Positions 42,789-51,372 of a stretch of 54,556 nt of DNA are shown one piece after another. Source of the DNA: a virus (taxonomy: Duplodnaviria > Caudoviricetes); the IMG/VR virus record IMGVR_UViG_3300032250_000707, positions 1-54,556 of that record; one strand, 5' to 3'. Each line of letters begins with the position of its first letter. The first letter of the stretch is position 1. The position numbers and the translations under genes are program-made. Below the pieces are notes generated by a model. The model made no database searches, was not told the DNA's origin, and saw only the letters and a list, made by a program, of their open reading frames with translations.

Positions 42789-43438
42789 TTGCCCTCCTCT
42801 ACCTTGCGGAACTCGATCACCCAGACCCACGGATTTGCAAACGAGGATCCAGCCCCGTTGATCGACTCCCAAAGGTCGAAGAACCACTCGCGAGGATCAG
42901 GACCATCAGCCATATTGGGGAAGGGGCATCCCTCCGCCATGGCATCGCCGCGAGTGATCTCATTCAGCCTCTCCACGCGGATGTTGGTGATCTCCAGCGT
43001 GATCCGGGATGCCCAGCGGGGCATGAATCGCGCATGACGATACCGACCCCAGAAAACATCATCACGGGGGCTTGCAAGGTAATTTACACAGCCATAAGTA
43101 TCACCCCCCATGGCGGACGCCACGAGTCGAGGATGGAGGCGATCATAGTCTTTATGAACCTTCCACGCCTCCTTCACCCAGAGCCGGTCACCCGGATGAC
43201 CGAAAGGGCAAGCGAGACGGTGATCCTCACTCTTCGCGGTTGGCGGAACCCATATCTCCGATCCGGCAACAGGGCTTCCAGCCGTCGCAAAACAAAGCGC
43301 GTGAGAGCGATTGCCATTTATCGCGTAGGCACAACCAAATGGAGGCTGATGCTTAATGACCCGCCTCGTCTGAGTCTTTTGACCTTCAAGGATGGCGCGG
43401 ACCATCTCACCTTTGAAAAGGATGGGAGACTCTTTCAC
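42785..43438 (-). CDS. ASCH/PUA-like phage protein (217 aa)
   Basis: PILF..EMVRAILEG.KTQTRR...CPFG.PGDRLWV.E...FMPRWASRITLEIT..RVERL...NPWVWVIEF. Confidence 0.85.
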   Translation of the reverse strand: MKESPILFKGEMVRAILEGQKTQTRRVIKHQPPFGCAYAINGNRSHALCFATAGSPVAGSEIWVPPTAKSEDHRLACPFGHPGDRLWVKEAWKVHKDYDRLHPRLVASAMGGDTYGCVNYLASPRDDVFWGRYRHARFMPRWASRITLEITNIRVERLNEITRGDAMAEGCPFPNMADGPDPREWFFDLWESINGAGSSFANPWVWVIEFRKVEEGK

Positions 43439-43623
43439 AGGCCACCTCCTTCGCAGTTTTCCTCAGCCTCGTAGAACGAGACACATTCGCATTTGGGACA
43501 ACCCGTTACCCACGTCGGAGTGATATAGGGTTTATCTACGCGCTTTCTTAGCCTGTCTTCTTCGCGGTGAAGGTAACCGCAGTCGAAACATTCAAGGATG
43601 CTGTTTGGATCAGGTTCCTTCAC
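43435..43623 (-). CDS. Small zinc-ribbon protein (62 aa)
   Basis: CFDCG...CPKC; SD plus GTGA overlap. Confidence 0.65.
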   Translation of the reverse strand: MKEPDPNSILECFDCGYLHREEDRLRKRVDKPYITPTWVTGCPKCECVSFYEAEENCEGGGL

Positions 43624-43979
43624 AGCCCACCTCCTTCGCAGAGATGAAGTTCCTGCATGCAGAGAAGGCGGAATCGCTGAAGCTCCTCACGCTCCAGTTC
43701 CTCGCCCTTGGCGGCACGCTCGGCGATGCGATGCTCCGTCCAGGTAAAGCGATTCCAGCACTGCTGGACATGCTTCCAGAGTTGATGGGCAGCGCTCTCT
43801 TCGCCGGCAACGGGAGCCGGAGTTCTCTCAAACCGCTCGATTTCCTCCTCAAGCTGCTCCTGCTCACTATGGAGATCACCGATTTCATCCTCGAGATCCA
43901 TGATCTCTCCCTCGATACGCTCGAGGCGCTTCTTGGCACGCTCCAGTTCGGCCTTGGAGGTAATAAGGGCTTCCTTCAC
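43620..43979 (-). CDS. Coiled-coil hypothetical protein (119 aa)
   Basis: GTG start in AGGTGCCAAGTGA junction. Confidence 0.65.
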   Translation of the reverse strand: MKEALITSKAELERAKKRLERIEGEIMDLEDEIGDLHSEQEQLEEEIERFERTPAPVAGEESAAHQLWKHVQQCWNRFTWTEHRIAERAAKGEELEREELQRFRLLCMQELHLCEGGGL

Positions 43980-44194
43980 TTGGCACCTCCCTTCATGGAA
44001 TCCGCGATCGTGGATCCGATGAGACCACCGGCGGCTCCTAGCGCCACACTGATGCACAACGTCAGCACAAAGAGTTCAGCGAGGCTATGGCAACGATGGA
44101 AATCCGCGCCAGATAGCCAGTATGCAAACGGAGCGCCGATAGCCGGGATCAAGGCGCCAAGCAGGCCACCAATGACGATGAGAGCAATCCTCAC
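43976..44194 (-). CDS. Small membrane protein (72 aa)
   Basis: Two hydrophobic helices; ends KGGAK. Confidence 0.65.
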   Translation of the reverse strand: MRIALIVIGGLLGALIPAIGAPFAYWLSGADFHRCHSLAELFVLTLCISVALGAAGGLIGSTIADSMKGGAK

Positions 44195-44472
44195 TTGGCA
44201 CCTCCTTCAGTGTCATCTATGAGGTTGCTGAGGTCTCGCCTGACAGCATTAAATACCGGCTCTTCGATCGGACTTCCTTTAACTGCAACCATCAGCAGTA
44301 AAATGATCCTTAGAGCTTTATTCCGCTGCGCTTCAGCCTCGGGAAATCCGCACTCAAATCCATGCTGGAATCGTTCCATCGCATCGGCATGGCCATCACC
44401 ACGAGGCCCGAGCCACCGGATGCCAGTCGTCTTCCAGATGCGTTTCCAGAGCGGGTCGATGTCAGCGCTCAC
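44191..44472 (-). CDS. Hypothetical protein (93 aa)
   Basis: Junction repeats at both ends; ends EGGAK. Confidence 0.6.
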   Translation of the reverse strand: MSADIDPLWKRIWKTTGIRWLGPRGDGHADAMERFQHGFECGFPEAEAQRNKALRIILLLMVAVKGSPIEEPVFNAVRRDLSNLIDDTEGGAK

Positions 44473-44848
44473 TTGGCACCTCCTTGAGTTGTGGCTCGCG
44501 GACTTTAATCGCCCCCAGCCAGGCGGCTTTCATCGCTTCCCGTTTTGCCAGGCATTCGATGGCATACAGAACCGAGAACATAGCGGATCTCGTGATAGCG
44601 CTGACTTCAGAATCAGCGATGACCTGTGATTCAGCACGATTGATCTCAGCGAAAGCCTTCCTGAGCTGCTTTAGGGCTCGGTGTGATGATGGGATGCGCT
44701 TCACTGGGATATCTTCTTCAATACTCATTTTTTCTTTCTCCTTTTGGGTTGGGTTCGATTGGTGCCGGTAGTCTGGATTGCGGTTGGCCAGAGCCGCCGC
44801 CTTCAGCTCCTTCAAAAGACGCCGGGAGCACTTTTCTGGGATGCTCAC
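44462..44848 (-). CDS. Hypothetical protein (up to 128 aa; alternative start 44728)
   Basis: Junction repeat at the start. Confidence 0.5.
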   Translation of the reverse strand: MSIPEKCSRRLLKELKAAALANRNPDYRHQSNPTQKEKEKMSIEEDIPVKRIPSSHRALKQLRKAFAEINRAESQVIADSEVSAITRSAMFSVLYAIECLAKREAMKAAWLGAIKVREPQLKEVPSER

Positions 44849-45096
44849 TCGGCACCTCCTTTGGTAAGGGGAAGAACTTTCCCATCACCGACTTCGATGA
44901 CAGATATTTCAGGAAGCGTTCTTTTGGTGGTACTCGCCGCCGAGAGATCAGAGGTCCTGAAGCGGAAAACCACGATTCCATCGTACTCTTCTCCATAGGA
45001 ATGCGTGCGATTGACCTCCCAGCGCTCACACCAGAGAGCGCCACCTGGGATTTGCATCGCATCACCGACACGGGGTAGGAAATTGAGGGGATTCAC
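44845..45096 (-). CDS. Hypothetical protein (83 aa)
   Basis: Junction repeats; ends KGGAE. Confidence 0.6.
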   Translation of the reverse strand: MNPLNFLPRVGDAMQIPGGALWCERWEVNRTHSYGEEYDGIVVFRFRTSDLSAASTTKRTLPEISVIEVGDGKVLPLTKGGAE

Positions 45097-45269
45097 TTGG
45101 CACCTCCTTTCTGCTGGAGACGGCGTGTGGCCACCTCGACGCGGTAGAGCTGGGCGACGAGTTCGCGGATCTGATCGCGCGAGGCCACCTTCTGCCCCGG
45201 GGAGGCCAGCACCTTCAGATCCTTACGCGAGACCGGGATCTCGACCTTGATGATGTCGTAGTCGCTCAT
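45093..45269 (-). CDS. Hypothetical protein (58 aa; not in the ORF track)
   Basis: Manual translation MSDYDIIKVEIPVSRKDL...QQKGGAK*; overlaps at both ends. Confidence 0.6.
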   Translation of the reverse strand: MSDYDIIKVEIPVSRKDLKVLASPGQKVASRDQIRELVAQLYRVEVATRRLQQKGGAK

Positions 45270-45712
45270 GCGAGATCCTCCGCGGCGATGACAATGCCGA
45301 TGCAGAACAGCTCCCCATCCTCGTAAATGTTGAACGAGGCATGAGGGACATCGATCGAGTAGGTCCAGGGAGGCAGATCATCCGTATCGCACCAGATCGC
45401 CCGGAGTTCATGGGCGAGATCCTTGCGCTTCAGGAAATCACGCACCTCCTCCTCGCTCTCGGCATCGAGATCTTCCAAGCGATTGGCTGGGAGAATCCCT
45501 TGCTCATCGATAAGGAAAGTTCCTCCGTTATAGCAGCCGATCTCATCACAATGAAGCCCACGGATCTCGAGATTGTCATCCGAGTATCCGAAGATCACGA
45601 AGAGGCCGTTCTCCTTTGCCAGCTTCTCCTCCTCGCGGGTGATTTCGTTGCCATATTCACGGCCGCCGAGCAGGGCAGCCATCTCTTCTTTGGTGATTTT
45701 GCTAATAGTCAT
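45266..45712 (-). CDS. Acidic phage protein (148 aa)
   Basis: GREYG.E...AK..GL.V.FG.SDD..E.RG...PH..F.I.EDG...C.GIV. Confidence 0.75.
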   Translation of the reverse strand: MTISKITKEEMAALLGGREYGNEITREEEKLAKENGLFVIFGYSDDNLEIRGLHCDEIGCYNGGTFLIDEQGILPANRLEDLDAESEEEVRDFLKRKDLAHELRAIWCDTDDLPPWTYSIDVPHASFNIYEDGELFCIGIVIAAEDLA

Positions 45713-45748
45713 TGTGAAAAAGTCAAATGGTCGGACGATGGGCCTCAT

Positions 45749-46201
45749 TCAGAGAACCAAGCGGGTAAGGACATCATCCACGCGGGTCTGCAGCCCTCGA
45801 ATCATCCGATCCGCTTCCGAAATCGGATAGATGATGGGAATATGGGGAACCTCCTGAGTCGCCACGTCAGAGACAGACGCCCGCTCTGGAACCGGGGGGA
45901 CCAACGCGCCGTCGAGACGACCGATCAAGAGATCCACCGAGGTGTTGAGATTGGCGATGCTAATGGCAAGCTGCTCACAGGCCCTGTAGTAGCATTCGCT
46001 GTTTGGAATCGGAGCGCCGAGGTGCCCCTGGGAGCTGTCTCCCAAATTTGTGACATCATAGCGTCCCGGGATTGGTCGCTCAGACTTCGGAAGCAAATAA
46101 GAGAGATTATTTGCCACGGTTTTTAGTTCATTTAAGAGTTCCTCTTCGGATTTCGATCTCTTAGCGGTGGGAATCGAGGTGTTTTTTTTCACGGGTTTCA
46201 T
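45749..46201 (-). CDS. Hypothetical protein (150 aa, MKPVKKN)
   Basis: Start refined by long A/C-rich leader. Confidence 0.55.
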   Translation of the reverse strand: MKPVKKNTSIPTAKRSKSEEELLNELKTVANNLSYLLPKSERPIPGRYDVTNLGDSSQGHLGAPIPNSECYYRACEQLAISIANLNTSVDLLIGRLDGALVPPVPERASVSDVATQEVPHIPIIYPISEADRMIRGLQTRVDDVLTRLVL

Positions 46202-46265
46202 GGTGGGTTTTGGTGTGGTGTGTTGGGGTTGGGGTTGGTGGTTAAAAGTGATCTGGCGAGAGTCG

Positions 46266-46634
46266 TTAATCGGGGAAAACGGCGATCTCTTCCTTCTCGC
46301 ATTCATCCCAATCCCTGATGACAATCCCGCCGCAATAACAGCAGGACGCGCCGACATGGCCCCTCGGAGTGGAGCAGCATTCCAGTGCAAGGTATTCCAT
46401 AGCGCTGATTCCTCGTTTTTTGAGGATCTCCAAAGCATTACTAAATTGTTTTTTCCTGCGATCGCTTGAGTTCATGAATTCTTCCAAAACGTCTCTTGTA
46501 ACGCATAGTTCAGCTCGATTTTGAGGTGAGGCACCAAGGGGAGTTCCGCATGAGTATTTGCGGGAATTCTTTTTGCGGGGAGAGTTACAGAACTGACAAT
46601 TAGCTAGATATTTTTTTGTGGTTTTCTTTGGCAT
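46266..46634 (-). CDS. Cys-rich zinc-binding protein (122 aa)
   Basis: CQFC...YSCGT...CCYCGG; AT-rich. Confidence 0.6.
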   Translation of the reverse strand: MPKKTTKKYLANCQFCNSPRKKNSRKYSCGTPLGASPQNRAELCVTRDVLEEFMNSSDRRKKQFSNALEILKKRGISAMEYLALECCSTPRGHVGASCCYCGGIVIRDWDECEKEEIAVFPD

Positions 46635-46693
46635 TTGGGCGGTGGGTTGGGGTTTTAGCTTTCAGCTTTTAGCCTTCAGCTTTTCTTTTTGGG

Positions 46694-47221
46694 TTACGGG
46701 GCGAAGGTGTAGGTGCGCGTCTCAGCGTCATAGCCAGGCATCATCAGCTCAAGGGATCCGCCGGCGCAGAGCTTCGGCATTGGGACGGGATTAACCTGAT
46801 CCACGCGCGGGATGTGCGGGACAAAATGGGTCGAGCAGAGCGTCTTCTCGGCGACATCACTCGGCATATCGCGCAGGACGGGATAGGGATCGCCGTCACG
46901 GGGCGACTTCATCTTGTAGGGGGCGAAGTAATCGAGAGCCCAGGAGCAGAACATGGGAGCCGACATCGGCAGCATCGAGTGCTTCTCGGGGTCGGGGATG
47001 ACCATGAGACGATCGCGGCGCAGGAGCGGCGAGCCCTGCAGATGGAAGGCGACGGTCTTCATCCACGAAGTCAGGATCTCGTCGTCCTGGGGGAGCGGCA
47101 CCATCGGCAGGGCGCCATACTTCTTGCCGAGCTTGCCGCAGAGCACCTCATGGACAGGCTGAGGCAGCAGTGGCGCGGAGGGCACTGGTTCCTTGGATGG
47201 TTGGGCGGATTCATGACTCAT
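46694..47221 (-). CDS. Probable N-terminal part of the primase-associated helicase (175 aa)
   Basis: ATGA-coupled to primase; F.SW...F...P.P....G.LEL..PGYD motif recalled as preceding LL.EFPF in such helicases. Confidence 0.6.
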   Translation of the reverse strand: MSHESAQPSKEPVPSAPLLPQPVHEVLCGKLGKKYGALPMVPLPQDDEILTSWMKTVAFHLQGSPLLRRDRLMVIPDPEKHSMLPMSAPMFCSWALDYFAPYKMKSPRDGDPYPVLRDMPSDVAEKTLCSTHFVPHIPRVDQVNPVPMPKLCAGGSLELMMPGYDAETRTYTFAP

Positions 47222-48651
47222 TCGGGCTGTTCCTCAGGGGTGTCAGAAGGTGGTTGAGAGGGTGAGATCTGTTCGGCATCGGGCTTTGAGAGAGCACTCC
47301 AGGCCTCCCACGCCTCGTAGAAGACGGCCATCAGGTCATGGGTGACGCCGGTGGAGTCGACCACATCGGGCCAGCCGCACTTCTTGAGGAACTGCTCCCA
47401 CTTCCAGAGAGGAGCCTTCCCCTTGGGGGCGGCGCCACCACGGACGAGCGCCTTGGCGGCAAAGGCGGCGATAGGGGTTCCTCGCGAGCGCTGCGAGGCG
47501 AGCCACTTACGGAAGGGAGGCAGGACCTTCTTCCGGCGGGCGGGGATCTTAGAGCGCAGGAGATCGCGGAAGGCCTCGCGCTCCTCGGGAGAGAACCCCT
47601 TGATGGCATCATTGAGATCCTTGATGCCCAACGAGGGCCAAAAGCCATGGACGCGATGCCCATCCTCCTCGAGCTGGAGGGAGAAGGATTTGCCTCCCGA
47701 GAACCACCCGGCGCCGGCACGGTCATGGTCGGCGATCAGGAAGAACGTGCGCTTCTCGATCCCCTCTGTGCCATCGGGGAACCTCACACGCGGGAACGAC
47801 TCCAGAAGCTTCACAAACGAGGTGGCGCCCCTGAGGCCAAAGACCGCGGCATTCGCAGGGAAGGATGCCTCCCAGCCCATGACATCGACCAGAGCGAGGG
47901 CATCCCACTGACCCTCGCAGACAAAGACATAGCGGATCGTGTGCATGAGATCCTCATGCGACATATTGAGCGGGCTCTTGGGGAGGATCCGGAACGGCCA
48001 GGCCCCGATGCCACCCGGTCGATAGCGCCACGAGGCACGGGCCGAGTCATTGCCACGCGTCTTGGGGGCTAGACGGACATGCTCCCCCATCTGGGCTCCA
48101 TCGGCTCGGATGATGGCAAATGCCTCACGCCACTGATTCTGGTAGATCACGCGGCCGCAGAGCCCGTGACGGGCAGCCCAGTCGATCACCTCACGACGGA
48201 TCCCGCGCCACGAGGCCCAGCGATCCAGCTCCTCGCCTTCCGTATAGAGACGGGCACAGGAAGCCTCCCAGGCACGCAGGGCAGCCTCACCGAGCGGTTC
48301 CACGACAGGAGCTGGAGCGACCTCCTTGCGGGGAGCCTGCACAGGCAGATGCGTGACGGGACGATTGCCGGTGAGACGCTCCAGGGCATCCTTGACGCTG
48401 CCTCCATGACGAAGCCGCAGGTAGGTGATGGCATCGCCCTTGGCATCACAGCCAAAGCACTTGAACCACCCTCCCCCCGCCTCGTCATGGACGTGCATCG
48501 AGGGCGTATCCTCGATGTGGAACGGGCAGCAGCAGACCAGGGCGGCTCCGGAGCGCTGCAACTCGATCCCCTCGCGCTCGAGCACGACCCTGAGAGGGAC
48601 GCGCTCCTTGGCGAGACGGATCTGTTCCTTGATGTCGAGGGAATCAACCAC
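47218..48651 (-). CDS. DNA primase (CHC2 zinc finger plus TOPRIM)
   Basis: CCPFH.EDTPS...FKCFGC...GDAI; FVCEGQWD; IADHDRAG; KDLND; GTG 48651 avoids overlap with upstream ORF. Confidence 0.85.
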   Translation of the reverse strand: MVDSLDIKEQIRLAKERVPLRVVLEREGIELQRSGAALVCCCPFHIEDTPSMHVHDEAGGGWFKCFGCDAKGDAITYLRLRHGGSVKDALERLTGNRPVTHLPVQAPRKEVAPAPVVEPLGEAALRAWEASCARLYTEGEELDRWASWRGIRREVIDWAARHGLCGRVIYQNQWREAFAIIRADGAQMGEHVRLAPKTRGNDSARASWRYRPGGIGAWPFRILPKSPLNMSHEDLMHTIRYVFVCEGQWDALALVDVMGWEASFPANAAVFGLRGATSFVKLLESFPRVRFPDGTEGIEKRTFFLIADHDRAGAGWFSGGKSFSLQLEEDGHRVHGFWPSLGIKDLNDAIKGFSPEEREAFRDLLRSKIPARRKKVLPPFRKWLASQRSRGTPIAAFAAKALVRGGAAPKGKAPLWKWEQFLKKCGWPDVVDSTGVTHDLMAVFYEAWEAWSALSKPDAEQISPSQPPSDTPEEQPE

Positions 48652-48661
48652 GGGATCCAGA

Positions 48662-49141
48662 TCAGAGGACCGGCGACTTGGATGGGGATCGGCGCTTGCG
48701 AGGATTCTCCTTGGGAGGAAGCAACTCGATGATCGCGTCGAAAAAATGCTCATTACCGGAAACGATTGAGGAATCGCCCGTGGTAACGATATAAAGCCCC
48801 GACCAGAGGGCCACGCGATGCTCCCTGGTTCCAAGTCGGCGCTGGCGAAAGAGGCGCTGGAGTGTGGGGATCTTTTTTACGTTGTCATAGACCACGCACA
48901 TCCCGGTTGGGAAAAAGCCCTTTTCATGAAAGACGCGATCGCTAGGCGAGATTAGGAATCGGGGCGTCAGTAGATTCGACTCGGCGATGATTTTTGCCAG
49001 TCGCGTCTTCCCAGAAGCTGCTGGGCCATGAATCAGGATGGCCCCCGGAAGATTTGCCCACCTTGCATACAGCATGTCACCGCATAACCCGGCCGGATTA
49101 TTGGCAAATCGGAACGAACGAAGAAGCTGATTGGTAGTCAT
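48662..49141 (-). CDS. Small P-loop NTPase (159 aa)
   Basis: IHGPAASGKTRLA (Walker A), VVYDN (Walker B), IVTTG. Confidence 0.65.
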   Translation of the reverse strand: MTTNQLLRSFRFANNPAGLCGDMLYARWANLPGAILIHGPAASGKTRLAKIIAESNLLTPRFLISPSDRVFHEKGFFPTGMCVVYDNVKKIPTLQRLFRQRRLGTREHRVALWSGLYIVTTGDSSIVSGNEHFFDAIIELLPPKENPRKRRSPSKSPVL

Positions 49142-49326
49142 TGGGGTGGTTGGTTTGGGGTGGATTGGGGTGGTTTGGGGTGCCGGTCTTTCCCGGCTTG
49201 TCACCTAGTTGATGAGCGCTATAGCGGCTGGTTCCGCGCAGTTGCGAAAACGCTCTTTCGGGCCGTGCCTTCCTGCACAGTTGCGGCCATCCCTTCTATT
49301 TCGGTGCAGCGGGAGAAGGTCATGGT

Positions 49327-49581
49327 TCAGAGCTTGAGCCCGTCGGCGCAGGGCCCGACGACCGTATTGGTTGGGTTGTAGCTCTCCGGGTAGCAGGTAC
49401 GGCCCTCATTGAGCCGCTTGAGGTCCATTCCGAACCACATGATGGCTTCCTGTAGTTTCGTGATGGCCAAGGCCCTCTCGCGACTTTGGGGCAAGCTCTT
49501 TGCTTTCTGGAGCAGAGCGTCGATCCCGACGCGAAGCTCTTTGTTGGCAATGATGCCTTTTTCGATGAAGTCTTCTTCCAT
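49327..49581 (-). CDS. Acb2/Tad1-like helical hairpin protein (84 aa)
   Basis: SRERALAITKLQEAIMW resembles the Tad1/Acb2-type RE..A.TKL.EA.MW helix. Confidence 0.6.
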   Translation of the reverse strand: MEEDFIEKGIIANKELRVGIDALLQKAKSLPQSRERALAITKLQEAIMWFGMDLKRLNEGRTCYPESYNPTNTVVGPCADGLKL

Positions 49582-49612
49582 GGTGTGCTGTTGGTTTTGG
49601 GTTGTTGTCCGG

Positions 49613-49936
49613 CTATCGGCTCATTCTGTGAAGCGAGGTGGCACGGGGATCTTTTTCGATGAAGTGCTTGAGTTCTTCGGGTTGTTTTCGGAGGCGATTC
49701 ACCTCCTTCTTGCCGTAGGTGCGCCTCAGATACCTCTCCAGTGGTCGGTTTTTATCGAGATTGACGACAGATCCGGTCAGGGTGATCCCAAGGCGTGTTC
49801 CACTGTCGCACTGGATAAACTTCCCACGGTGCTCCAAAGGGATCTGCCCGTGAGCCAGGACGCGACCGCGCAGGGGCTTCTTCGTTTTTTCGGGCTTCGG
49901 ATCTTCCGAGGCAGTGATGGTGTTGCACTCGCTCAT
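49613..49936 (-). CDS. Basic hypothetical protein (107 aa, MSECNT)
   Basis: Start refined to follow the upstream stop. Confidence 0.55.
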   Translation of the reverse strand: MSECNTITASEDPKPEKTKKPLRGRVLAHGQIPLEHRGKFIQCDSGTRLGITLTGSVVNLDKNRPLERYLRRTYGKKEVNRLRKQPEELKHFIEKDPRATSLHRMSR

Positions 49937-49940
49937 GGGG

Positions 49941-50618
49941 TTACTCTCCGGAGCGCTTTTCGAGTTCCTCTTCTGCGGCGGCGATCGTGTCGCGGATGGG
50001 GCCGACATCGGTGAGGAACTTTTCAAGGTGAGCGGTGGGCCAGGTGGTGAGGTTCTCACTACCGCCGATCTGCGAGGTCCAGCGCTTCCAGTCGAGGATG
50101 GCGGCCTGGTAGTTGGGGATACCGCTGCCGCGGCCCGAGAGATCCTCGAGATCCTTCTTCTTGAGGACCTTTCCGGCTTCGATCGAGCGCTTCAGCTCGA
50201 AGCCCGTGAGGTGGTGATCGATGGCTGCCTTGAGCCAACGGGTCTGCTCGGCCAATTCAAGGCCGCTCACGACAAAGTAATGCTCGTCGGTGAGCTTGCG
50301 GGAGCGCAGGCCACGGGGAACCTTCGCGATCGCCATGGCGCGCGAGACATCGGCTTCGAGCAGGTGGCTCTCCTCAAGGGCGAGCTGGAGCTGCTTCTCC
50401 CAGCCCTGGCGCATGGCATAGGCCAGCGAATCGCTCAGGACGAGGACCATGTTGCTCTTGAAGAAGGCCACCCCCTTGAGCAGGGAAGCGATCTCCTCCA
50501 TCGTGGTCCCTTCGGGGATCACGAGCCCATCTCCATCCCAGGAGACCGGCTTGCCTCCAAGGGCGAGAAGTTCCCCGTTGAGGGTCGGTGATGCGACCTC
50601 GGTTTCAGTTGTTTCCAT
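49941..50618 (-). CDS. LmbU-like DNA-binding protein (225 aa)
   Basis: VP..LR..KL...H..V..L...EQ..WL..A.......EL..SI pattern. Confidence 0.55.
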   Translation of the reverse strand: METTETEVASPTLNGELLALGGKPVSWDGDGLVIPEGTTMEEIASLLKGVAFFKSNMVLVLSDSLAYAMRQGWEKQLQLALEESHLLEADVSRAMAIAKVPRGLRSRKLTDEHYFVVSGLELAEQTRWLKAAIDHHLTGFELKRSIEAGKVLKKKDLEDLSGRGSGIPNYQAAILDWKRWTSQIGGSENLTTWPTAHLEKFLTDVGPIRDTIAAAEEELEKRSGE

Positions 50619-51372
50619 ATCGGCTATTCCTCCAATGTTTGTCTGATTGAGCGCGGCTATAAGACGCGCAGGTTTCTTCGTCTCTCATGTGACTGCCACC
50701 CGGCAGCCCCAAAGCTTTCTTCCACCACTTGGCGGACTTACTGATGGCCTGTTTGGACAGGCCGGTTTTTAATGCCCAGGCCCGCATCGTCCCCATGCCG
50801 CTGGTGATGGCCAGATCGGTGGCGTAGGCGAGGCCGGCGGCGAGAAGTTTCACATTGCTGCGGCCGAGGAAGGCCCCGGCGATCGTGATGATCACCCCGG
50901 CCTTGCGCTTCTCGGATTCCCGGATGAGTCGCTCCTCGTGCCAGACCGCGATCTCGCGGGCGAGCTTCGGGGAGAGAGGCAGGAAGCGCTCGCGGATCTC
51001 ATCGGCGGCACTATCGATGGCCCCGGGGAAATCCTCGGTAAACGAGGCCATCGAGGACTCCGCGGCATCGCGGCTGATTCCGATCACCTCACGGCGACCA
51101 CGCCCACGGGATTGGAAGTTGGGCAGCTCCGGCACGGAAGCGGATCCCAGGGCTCTCCGCTGCTCCGGCGTGAGGGATCTTTCAAATTCCTCGTACTGCA
51201 TCAGGTAGTCCATGTTCATGCGGGTCACATGGGAGTCGTAGGTGCTTTCCGAGGACACCTCCTCCTCCTCATCCTCATCGGAAGAGGGCTCGTCATCGAT
51301 GGGGGCCGGAGCAGCGGGAACGCGAAGGAGTGCCTCCGGGTCATCGTCGTGGATCTCTTCGTCGGGATTCAT
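50605..51372 (-). CDS. Putative transcription regulator with C-terminal HTH (255 aa)
   Basis: TMRAWALKTGLSKQAISKSAKWWKKALG HTH; acidic N-terminus. Confidence 0.6.
   Translation of the reverse strand: MNPDEEIHDDDPEALLRVPAAPAPIDDEPSSDEDEEEEVSSESTYDSHVTRMNMDYLMQYEEFERSLTPEQRRALGSASVPELPNFQSRGRGRREVIGISRDAAESSMASFTEDFPGAIDSAADEIRERFLPLSPKLAREIAVWHEERLIRESEKRKAGVIITIAGAFLGRSNVKLLAAGLAYATDLAITSGMGTMRAWALKTGLSKQAISKSAKWWKKALGLPGGSHMRDEETCASYSRAQSDKHWRNSRYGNN

Noticed and set aside
49205-49260. Hammerhead-like TTGATGAG...CGAAA
   Set aside because: Core lacks the conserved C of CUGAUGA and stems I and III could not be formed
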